Below are positions 22,301 through 29,837 of a DNA stretch of 64,000 bases, one piece after another. The position numbers and the translations under genes are program-made. This stretch comes from an uncultured Acidobacteriota bacterium. GTDB taxonomy: Bacteria > Acidobacteriota > Thermoanaerobaculia > UBA5066 > Gp7-AA6. The stretch covers positions 135,386 through 199,385 of the forward strand of contig CAWGKP010000013.1 of the NCBI GenBank assembly GCA_963823185.1, in the 5' to 3' direction. Position 1 is the first letter of the stretch; the number at the start of each line of letters is the position of its first letter. Under the pieces are notes generated by a model that did not search any database, had not been told where the DNA came from, and was given only the letters and a program-made list of their open reading frames with translations.

Positions 22301-23843
22301 GACACCCACGTCGACGCCGACGATCACGCCGTCGCCGACACCGACTCAGACGCCGACGTTCACGGCGACGGCGACGCCTACTGCCACGCCAACTTCAACT
22401 TCTACGCCGACGCCGGTGCCGCCCACGGCGACACCTACGCCGACTCCACGAGCACGCCGACGGCGACACCCACGTCGACGCCGACGATCACGCCGTCGCC
22501 GACACCGACTCAGACGCCGACGTTCACCGCGACGGCGACGCCGACCGCCACGCCAACTCCGACGTCGTACGCCGACCGCCGACGAGCACGCCGCACGGCG
22601 ACACCGTACGCCGACTGCCACGTCAACCCCGACGTCCACGCCGACGATCACACCGTCGACGACACCGACACCGACGGCGACCAGCACGCCGACGATGACG
22701 CCGACTGCCACGTCAACCCCGACCTCCACGCCGACGCCGACTGCGACGCCGACGGTCCCCCCGTCGACGCCGACTCCGACCGTCACACCGACGGCGACAC
22801 CGACGCCGCCGGCCGATTTCATTCCGACGGCTTTGGACGTGGACATGACCGCCGGCGCGAGCAGCGACGGAAACGGAGTCCTCGAGCCCAACGAAACGGC
22901 CGACGTTGAGCCTTACTGGAAGAACGCTGGCGGCTCGGCCTATGACCTCGATGGCGCCACATCGGCCGCCACCGGGCCCGCGGGCGGCGTCTACTCGATC
23001 ACCGACTCCCTCGCCGCGTACGGCGTCGTCGGCGCCGGAGCCTCGGTCAGCTGCGCGCCGGATCCCTACGCGGTCTTCGCGACGGCGTCCGGACCGCGGC
23101 CGGCGTCGCACTGGGACATGACGGTCACCGAGACGCTAAACCATCCGACGACGGCCCCGAAGGTCTGGACGCTGCACCTCGGGGACAGCTTCTCGGACGT
23201 TCCGCGCTCGTATCCGTTCTACAAGAGGATCGAGACGATCTACCACAACCTCATCACCGTGGGTTGTACGGCGACCGAGTACTGCCCGACGGCCAAGGTG
23301 CCGCGCTCTCAGATGGCGATCTTCATCGCTCGCGGAATCGCCAAGGGCGGCGGCAACGTTCCGACCTCCGGTGTCTGGAACGGCCAGCCCTACAACTGCA
23401 CCGCCGGCGGCGTCTCGCTCTTCAGCGACGTGAAGCCGACGGACATCTTCTGCAAGAGCGTCCATTACATCGCCGTGAAGAACGTGACGACGGGCTGCTC
23501 GCCCGGCCGTTATTGCTCCGCCGACAACATCACGCGCGCCGAGATGGGAATCTTCATCGCCAAGGCGATCATGGCTCCCGCCGGCGGCGCGGCCGTTCCG
23601 TTGACCTACGGACCCGATCCCGTGACCGGCTTCTCGTACTCGTGCGATCCAGCGAGTCCGAATCTGTACTTCACCGACGTGTCGGTCTCGGATCCGTTCT
23701 GCAAACACGTCCACTTCCTCTGGGCCAAGGGGATCATCGTCGGATGCCCGGCGAACCAGTACTGTCCGACGACGGACGTCGCGCGGGACGAAATGGCGAA
23801 GTTCCTCACCAACGCGTTCAAGCTCGTGCTCTACGGGCCGTAG
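19399..23843 (+). CDS. large secreted surface protein: signal peptide, Gly-rich beta-helix-like domain, PT-rich tandem linker, three SLH-like C-terminal repeats; reading frame broken several times inside the linker
   Basis: The N-terminal domain is in the frame of ORF 19399..22698 (signal ...[18 protein letters not shown]; [16 protein letters not shown]; [17 protein letters not shown]). The C-terminus is in the frame of ORF 20730..23843, with three FSDV/FTDV...(T)RAEMxxFIAK repeats resembling S-layer-homology domains. The PT frame hops among all three frames between about 21160 and 22610. Confidence 0.7.
20955..22800 (+). repeat. PT-rich coding tandem array, ~10 units of 159-165 bp (53-55 aa)
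   Basis: The unit is [53 protein letters not shown]. The landmark ACGCCGACGA recurs at 21182, 21341, 21500, 21665, 21828, 21988, 22149, 22314, 22478 and 22638. Confidence 0.9.
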
Positions 23844-23917
23844 CCCGTCGGCGCGTCTCGGCGCCTCATCCGCCGCGGCACGCCGGTTGCACCTCCTTCC
23901 GCGCCGGGAGGACGTCG

Positions 23918-24352
23918 ATGTCTCACGAGCACGCGATCCTGGTGGTCGAAGATGACCCGTGCACCCGGACCGCCGTCGCCGGCATACTCCGGGAGAGCGG
24001 ATTCAAGGCCTGGCGGGTGCCGAACGGGACGAGCGCGCTGCGCCGGTTGCGCCGCCGTCGAAAGCCGTGCGTCATCCTGCTCGATCTGATGATGCCGGGA
24101 ATCACGGGGTGGGAGTTTCTGGAAAGGCATCGGGAGAGCCCCGGCCTCTCGAAGGTTCCTCTCGTTCTCATGACGGGGTGGACCGACACGGATCTGGCTC
24201 AGGCTCGCGCCATGGTCGCGAAGCCGATCGATCCGAGAAGGCTTCTCGCGAGCTTGCGCGGGGTGCTGGCCAAGGCGCGGTGCAATGGGCACCCGAAGGC
24301 TGCGAATGCTTCGTCGAAACTGGGGCGACGGAGGAGTGGCCGAGTGGTTTAA
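23918..24352 (+). CDS. single-domain response regulator (receiver only)
   Basis: ATG at 23918. Motifs are ILVVEDDP, the phospho-acceptor Asp in VILLDLMMPGITG, LVLMTG and VAKPID. The last 23 nt overlap tRNA-Ser(UGA), so the true stop may differ. Confidence 0.8.
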   Translation: MSHEHAILVVEDDPCTRTAVAGILRESGFKAWRVPNGTSALRRLRRRRKPCVILLDLMMPGITGWEFLERHRESPGLSKVPLVLMTGWTDTDLAQARAMVAKPIDPRRLLASLRGVLAKARCNGHPKAANASSKLGRRRSGRVV

Positions 24353-24419
24353 GGCGGCAGTCTTGAAAACTGCTGTACCGGAGACGGTACCGGGGGTTCA
24401 AATCCCTCCTCCTCCGCCA
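24330..24419 (+). tRNA. tRNA-Ser (anticodon UGA)
   Basis: 90 nt. Acceptor stem GGAGGAG/CTCCTCC; anticodon stem GCAGT/ACTGC with loop CTTGAAA; long variable arm GTACCGGAGACGGTAC; T-arm GGGGG-TTCAAAT-CCCTC; discriminator G; encoded CCA. Confidence 0.9.
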
Positions 24420-24510
24420 CTCGAAGCCGCTAGCCGAAGGTTCGAACCGAGCGTCGTCGGCCGCGAAGCGGCCGAGGGACGCGACAAGCGGCGGGTTCGC
24501 CCGCCGCTCA

Positions 24511-24531
24511 TCCTTCCTCCTCCGCCACTCG
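24511..24531 (+). repeat. duplicated 3' end of tRNA-Ser(UGA) (att-like scar)
   Basis: CCTTCCTCCTCCGCCACTCGA matches 24404-24424 (CCCTCCTCCTCCGCCACTCGA) at 20 of 21 positions, 107 bp downstream. It is preceded by a GGGTTCG T-loop-like remnant. Confidence 0.6.
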
Positions 24532-24550
24532 AGCGCCGGGCTGCGAGCGC

Positions 24551-25337
24551 CTACCGCCGCGTCTTCTGGACCGCGAGCGAAACCGCCGTCACGAGACGCC
24601 GCGGCGTGAATCGAACGGCCTCGGCGAGAATCCAGTTTCCGATTCCCGGAATCACGACGCGCCGTCCCGCGCTTCATGCCCCGATAACCGGCCTCGGCCA
24701 CGGACCGCGCGTCTTTGACGAGCGGGCTGCGGAAGAGCCGCGTCTCGAGCATGCCCGCCGCCTTCCCGAACTCTGTCCGCGTCGGGCCGGGGCAGAGCGC
24801 GGTCACGGTCACGCCCGAGCCCGCGACTTCGCTCGCGATCGCCTCGGAAAAGGACAGGACATACGCCTTCGTCGCGTAGTAGACGGCCATGAGCGGGCCC
24901 GGTTGAAACGCCGCCGTGGACGCGACGTTCAGGATCCGCCCGCGACCGCGCGCGATCATCCCGGGCAGCACGCGCTTCGTGAGCTCCGTCAGCGCGACGA
25001 GGTTCACGCGGATCATCGCGAGCTCCCGGTCGAGCGGCGTTTCCGCGAACGGCCCGTGGACGCCGAGTCCGGCGTTGTTGACGAGCAGCTCGACCGATAG
25101 TCCCCGGGCATCGACCTCCTGGGCCACGACCCGCGCCGCCTCGCTCTCCGCAAGATCCCTCACGATGATCGTGACGGCTGCCCCGAACTCCTCGCGCAGT
25201 CCCTTGCCGATGCTCTCGAGGCGGTCGCGCCGGCGCGCGACGAGGACGAGGTCGTGCCCGTCCCGCGCCGCGATCGTCGCGAGCTCGAGACCGAGGCCGC
25301 TCGAGGCGCCGGTGACGAGCGCGACGGGCCGCGTCAA
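24551..25337 (-). CDS. SDR-family oxidoreductase (one frameshift near the 3' end, probably a base-call error)
   Basis: TTG at 25337 overlaps the stop of the upstream gene (TTGA). Motifs VALVTGASSGLG, NNAG and YYATK are present. Deleting one C at 24662-24663 restores the family-typical C-terminus RVVIPGIGNWILAEAVRFTPRRLVTAVSLAVQKTRR, ending at TAG (24551-24553). Confidence 0.8.
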
Positions 25338-26950
25338 GAGTCCAGAGTCGAGAGGCGGGGATGCGCGGTCGCCGCGGGGTCGGCGCCGGCCGACGCCTTC
25401 GTGAGCGGCCGCGGGCGCACGACGTAGGTTCCGGCGTTGGCGAGCTCCGCCTTCGCCCAGCGGAGGAGGCCGTGGAACAGCATGACCCAGCGCGCCGAGC
25501 GCACGGAGAAGCCGACGAACTTCGGCCGCCGGCCCGCGTTGTGGTTGCCGTAGATGCCGAGCTTCATCTTGCGCTGGGCGATCTTCACGAGACGTCGGTT
25601 GTAGAAGCGGATCGGGTAGTAGCCGATCTCGGCGCCGTCCTCGAAGAACGGCGGCACGCCCAGCCGTTCGTGCGACCAGCGGTAGATCGGCGTGATCGCG
25701 GCGAAGTAGTAGAGCGCGGTGTCGAGGAGGAAGGCGATCGTCATGGTGTCGTAGTCGCCCATGACGTAGTACTTGTCGCGATAGATCGACTCGTAGAAGT
25801 ACTTGAAGAACCGGTCGTAGCGGCGGTTGTGCTCCGAGTACTCCTTCTCCATCTTCTCGGCGGGCGCGCCGGAGAGCGCCTGGAGGATCAGCCGCGTCCG
25901 CGTCCACACGGAGAAGGACATCTGGTCGAGCCCCGGCGAGTAGAAGGGATCGAGGAAGCCGCCCGCGTCGCCGACGCACGCCCATCCCGCGCCGATGTAT
26001 TTGTCGACGAAGTAGGGCAGGTGCGCGTAGTAGCGGCAGTCGCCTTCGATCGCCTCCGCGCCGACGAGGAGCTCGCGGGACAGAGGGTTTCCGTCGAGGA
26101 ATCGCGTCAGCCTTTCGAGCGGCGTCTTGCCTTCGGGGTTGACGAGTCGCTTGTCCCACACGACACCGACGCTCGTCTCGCCGCCGGAGAGCGGGATGAA
26201 CCAGATCCAGTATCCCCAGCCGGTCATGTGGTTGGTGGCGAGGCGCCGCGGCGCGAGGACGGCGCGGGCCCAGGGATCGCCCGGATCGGTTCCCGCGACG
26301 GCGACGCCCTCCATGTCCTTGACGTTGCGATACCGGACCCAGATCGCGGCGGTCGGGTGCGTCTCGATCGGCGTGACGCCGCCGCGCTTGCGCGCGAGCA
26401 TCGCCTGACGGCCGGTCGCGTCCACCATCCAGCGGCATCGCACGGTGTGCTGCGAGCCGTCGCTCTTCTCGACGGTCAGCGAGTTGCCTTCCGCTCCGCC
26501 GAGCTCCCACGCGGTGACCTTGGCGGGACGCCAGACCTCGCTGCCTTCCTCGCGGGCGACCTTCAGGAGGTGCTCGTCGAGCTTCGAGCGGTCGAGCTGG
26601 AAGGACGGGGTTCGCGCGAGCTGCGTCGGGCCGGTCTCCGAGGCCTCGCGCAGGCAGGTGACCTGATCGTTGATGAACCAGTAGCGAAACGCCTGCTTCG
26701 GAAGCTGCTCGCGCGACAGATGGTCCCACAGCTTCAAGACGCGCGTCAGGAAATACGCGGAGACCTCGACGGTCGACTCGCCGACCTTCCAGTCGAAGTG
26801 TTCGGTTTTCTCGACGACGAGGATCTTCAGATCCGGCCGGCCGCGTTTCAGGACGATCGCCGTCGACGCGCCGGCCACGGCTCCCCCCACGACGACGACG
26901 TCGTAGTCGAAGGCGGGCTCGGGCGTGGGAAGAGGCTCGGCCGTGGCCAT
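25334..26950 (-). CDS. FAD-dependent oxidoreductase of the flavin-dependent (tryptophan) halogenase-like family
   Basis: 538-aa ORF. It has the dinucleotide-binding motif VVVVGGAVAGAS, KVGEST shortly after it, and the WxWxIP-type motif in GWGYWIWFIPLSGG. Confidence 0.8.
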   Translation of the reverse strand: MATAEPLPTPEPAFDYDVVVVGGAVAGASTAIVLKRGRPDLKILVVEKTEHFDWKVGESTVEVSAYFLTRVLKLWDHLSREQLPKQAFRYWFINDQVTCLREASETGPTQLARTPSFQLDRSKLDEHLLKVAREEGSEVWRPAKVTAWELGGAEGNSLTVEKSDGSQHTVRCRWMVDATGRQAMLARKRGGVTPIETHPTAAIWVRYRNVKDMEGVAVAGTDPGDPWARAVLAPRRLATNHMTGWGYWIWFIPLSGGETSVGVVWDKRLVNPEGKTPLERLTRFLDGNPLSRELLVGAEAIEGDCRYYAHLPYFVDKYIGAGWACVGDAGGFLDPFYSPGLDQMSFSVWTRTRLILQALSGAPAEKMEKEYSEHNRRYDRFFKYFYESIYRDKYYVMGDYDTMTIAFLLDTALYYFAAITPIYRWSHERLGVPPFFEDGAEIGYYPIRFYNRRLVKIAQRKMKLGIYGNHNAGRRPKFVGFSVRSARWVMLFHGLLRWAKAELANAGTYVVRPRPLTKASAGADPAATAHPRLSTLDS

Positions 26951-26963
26951 GAGAAATCCTAGT

Positions 26964-29145
26964 CTACGGCAGAACCCCGCTCTTCTCGTCCACGACCAGA
27001 GTGCGGTCGACCCTCTCGACCGGACCGAGATCCTGGATTTTTCCGGACGGCCACCTCACCGCCAGCGCACCCAGCCGGGTCGCGGCGCCGAGCCCGAGAT
27101 GCGCGATCGGGCTGCCCGTCGAGAGGTAGCCGCTCGCGTTGTCCGTCTCGACGAGGAGCACGCGCCCGCCGGGGAGCGTCGCGGTGATCCTCGCGCCCAC
27201 GCCGTCGCGGTTGTCCACGCCGGGCGTTCCGCGCAGACGAATCCGAAGGAAGTGCTCGCCGGGACGCCGGGTTCCGAGGAAGAGCGCCTCGGGGGCCTGG
27301 ACCGACCGCACGTAGACGTCGAGCGCTCCGTCGCCGTTGGCGTCGAAGGCCACCGCGGCGCGGCCGTTCGTCTCGAGGTCGAGCCCGTCGAGAAAGCCGC
27401 GCTCCTCGAAGATCGGGTCGCCGCGGCCCGCGCCGCGATTGTGGAAGTAGCGGTCGCGCTCGATGCCGGCCATCCCGAATCCCTTGCGGTCGAACGTCCG
27501 CGTTCCCGCGACGTAGTCGTCCCAGTACGCGAGCGAGTCCCACCAGAACTCGAGCTCCGTGTCGTGGTCGCGCCCGTCGCCCCACATGCCGTTGGTCGAG
27601 TAGAGGTCGAGCCAGGAATCGTTGTCGAGGTCGGCGGCGATCGTGCTCCAGTTCCAGCCGGCGTGGGCGGCGCCCGAGCGCGCGGTCGCGTTCTCGAAGG
27701 TGTGATCGGGGCGCTGGAGGAGAAGCGAGTTTCCCGTCGCCATCTTCTCCATCCAGGCGACCGCGACCGGCAGGAAGATCCGCCCGGGGATGCCGATCGG
27801 CAGCGACGGATACTCGTGGAGGAAGTACCACTGCGTCTCCGCGCCGGTCGTGTAGAGATCGAGGCGTCCGTCGCCGTCGAAATCGCCCCAGATCGCCGAC
27901 ATTCCGTACGCGCGGATCTCCGCGCCGGCCTTCTTCGTCACATCCTCGAATCGCCGGCCGCCGTCGTTGCGGTACAGGTTCGTCAGGCCGAAATCGTTCG
28001 TCACGAAGAGGTCCGTGCGGCCATCGCCGTCGTAGTCGGCGAAGAGCGACGAGAGCGTCCAGCGCGGCGGCTTCGCGACTCCCCATTCGGCGCTCGCGTC
28101 GGTGAAGTGCCCGTGGCCGTCGTTGATGTAGAGATGATTCGGCTTGCCGTCGTTCGCGTCGAACGGCGGGTCCGGCATCTTGTTGTAGTAGTCGCCCGTC
28201 ACGCAGACGAAGAGGTCGAGGTCGCCATCGCCGTCCACGTCGGCGAACGTCGCCGTGCGCGCGTCCTTGGGGATCGAGATGCCGGATCGGTCGGTCCATT
28301 CCTCGAAGGTCCCGTCGCCCCTGTTGCGGAAGAGACGCGCGGGTCCGAACGCGTCGGTGACGAAGAGATCGGGATAGCCGTCGCCGTCGATGTCTCCGGC
28401 GGCGACGCCCGTCGCGGCGATGCCGTGCGCCGCGTCCTTCGCGAGGCCGGCCCTCTCCGTGACGTCGGTGAAATGGCCGCGCCCGTCGTTGGCGTAGAGG
28501 ATGGATCGAAGTCCGTCCGCCACGAAGAGGTCCTCGGCGCCGTCCTGGTCGTAGTCGAGGACCGCGACGCCCGAGCCCGGCCAGATGTCCGCGATGAGAT
28601 GGTTCGTGAGCTTGTAGGGAGGGTCGTGGCGCGGCGCGCCGAGACCCGACTCGGCCGTGGCGTCATGAAAGCGGGGCGAGGCCTCCGAGCGGTCGGGCGC
28701 GGCGGAGATCAGGGAGACCGAAAACCGCGGCGCCGACGCTCCGCGCGTCTCTTCTGTCACGCGGACGTCGGCGGCCCGCTCGACGCGCGTGCCGGCCGGG
28801 AGCGAAGCCGCCGACGGTGAATCGCACGCGGCCGGAGGTCTTCTCGACGCCGCCGCGATCCTCGTGCGCCGGCTTCTCGACGCGGAAGTCTACGTAGCCG
28901 ATGCGTTCGAGGCCCGACCACGCCCACGCGCGCAGCGCGGCGATGCCTTCGGGATCCGCCGGCGTCGCCTCGCGGCTCCGAAGGGCCCGCCGCGTCGCCT
29001 CGCAGGCGTCGCGCCAGCGCACGAGGCGTTCCATCCAGGGCTGGAACTCGCGCCGCAGGCGGTGGATCGAGGTGTTGTGGTACGCCCAGACGCCGATGGC
29101 GGCCGCGATCGCCGCGGCCAGAATCAGGAGGTTCCGTCGCTTCAC
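26964..29145 (-). CDS. CRTAC1-family protein (FG-GAP/VCBS repeats + ASPIC/UnbV C-terminal domain) with N-terminal membrane anchor; one frameshift
   Basis: Six DxDxDGxxD repeats (DYDQDGAEDLFV, DIDGDGYPDLFV, DVDGDGDLDLFV, DYDGDGRTDLFV, DFDGDGRLDLY, DANGDGALDVYV) and the C-terminal RDGVGARITATLPGG...GYLSTGSPIAHLGLG. The N-terminal part (GTG 29145, TM helix LLILAAAIAAAIGVWAY) is in ORF 28663..29253. Deleting one G of GGG at 28798-28800 joins them (...RFTVGGFAPAGTRVERAADVRVTEETRG...). Confidence 0.75.
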
Positions 29146-29331
29146 GCGCGGGGATGGTACCCCGTCGTCGCGCGGACCTCGGGCAAGTGGCGGAGAGGAC
29201 GGGATAACCGCCGGCCCGAGAGGCCGGCGTTGTCTCGCGCCCCTCGGTCGCATGCGCGGCCGACGACGCTCGGCGCGAACCCGTGAGAACGAAGAGCGCT
29301 CGGCGCTCCCCGACTCAACGAGTCCGGAGAT

Positions 29332-29425
29332 TGGCGGAGAGGACGGGATTCGAACCCGTGATAGAGGTTTAAGCCCCTATGGCGGTTTAGCAAACCGCTG
29401 GTTTCAGCCACTCACCCACCTCTCC
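29332..29425 (-). tRNA. tRNA-Ser (anticodon GCU)
   Basis: The minus strand reads GGAGAGGTGGGTGAGTGGCTGAAACCAGCGGTTTGCTAAACCGCCATAGGGGCTTAAACCTCTATCACGGGTTCGAATCCCGTCCTCTCCGCCA. Acceptor stem GGAGAGG/CCTCTCC; anticodon stem GCGGT/ACCGC with loop TTGCTAA; long variable arm; T-arm ACGGG-TTCGAAT-CCCGT; encoded CCA. Confidence 0.9.
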
Positions 29426-29776
29426 GCGAGCGGTCTGGACGCGTGATGTTAGTGGATCTGCTTCGAGTTTGAAACCAGCGGTGCGCTGCGCGCGCCCGCT
29501 GGGTTGCCGCCGGCAGGAGCCGGCGTCCTCTCGCCGGCTGGCGCCGGCCTCGAGTCAGCCACTCACCCACCTCTCCGCGAGCGGTCTGGACGCTGATGTT
29601 AGTGGATCTGCTTCGAGTTTGAAACCAGCGGTGCGCTGCGCGCGCCCGCTGGGTTGCCGCCGGCAGGAGCCGGCGTCCTCTCGCCGGCTGGCGCCGGCCT
29701 CGAGTCAGCCACTCACCCACCTCTCCGCGAGCGGTCTGGCCGCCGATGTTAGTGGATCTGCTTCGAGTTTGAAACC
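29405..29776. repeat. tandem array, 2.5 units of 150/151 bp: [first 21 nt of tRNA-Ser(GCU) + leader + promoter + ~100-nt GC-rich double-hairpin segment]
   Basis: Units start at 29405, 29556 and 29706 (CAGCCACTCACCCACCTCTCC...). Units 1 and 2 differ by a single 1-nt indel. Unit 3 diverges after GAAACC (29776) into unique sequence. Confidence 0.95.
29446..29473 (-). promoter_or_regulatory. sigma70-like promoter of tRNA-Ser(GCU); identical copies at 29596-29623 and 29746-29773
   Basis: On the minus strand: -35 TTCAAA (29468-29473), a 16-nt spacer, then -10 TAACAT (29446-29451), about 20 nt upstream of the tRNA 5' end. Confidence 0.4.
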
Positions 29777-29837
29777 GGCCCCGCAGCTGGGGGCTTCAGC
29801 TGTCATCCCGAGCTCGGCAGGCCCCGTGCCAGGGCTC

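Noticed and set aside
20955-22800. Whether the regular repeats here, and those at 29405-29776, could be a CRISPR array.
   Set aside because: The repeat units are 150-165 bp and directly abut each other with no unique spacers. One array is protein-coding PT linker and the other is tRNA-promoter derived. No cas genes are present.
23264-23917. The upstream 218 codons of ORF 23264..24352, which would give a 362-aa response regulator.
   Set aside because: That part overlaps the SLH-like C-terminus of the surface protein in another frame and is Arg-rich. The receiver domain starts cleanly at ATG 23918.
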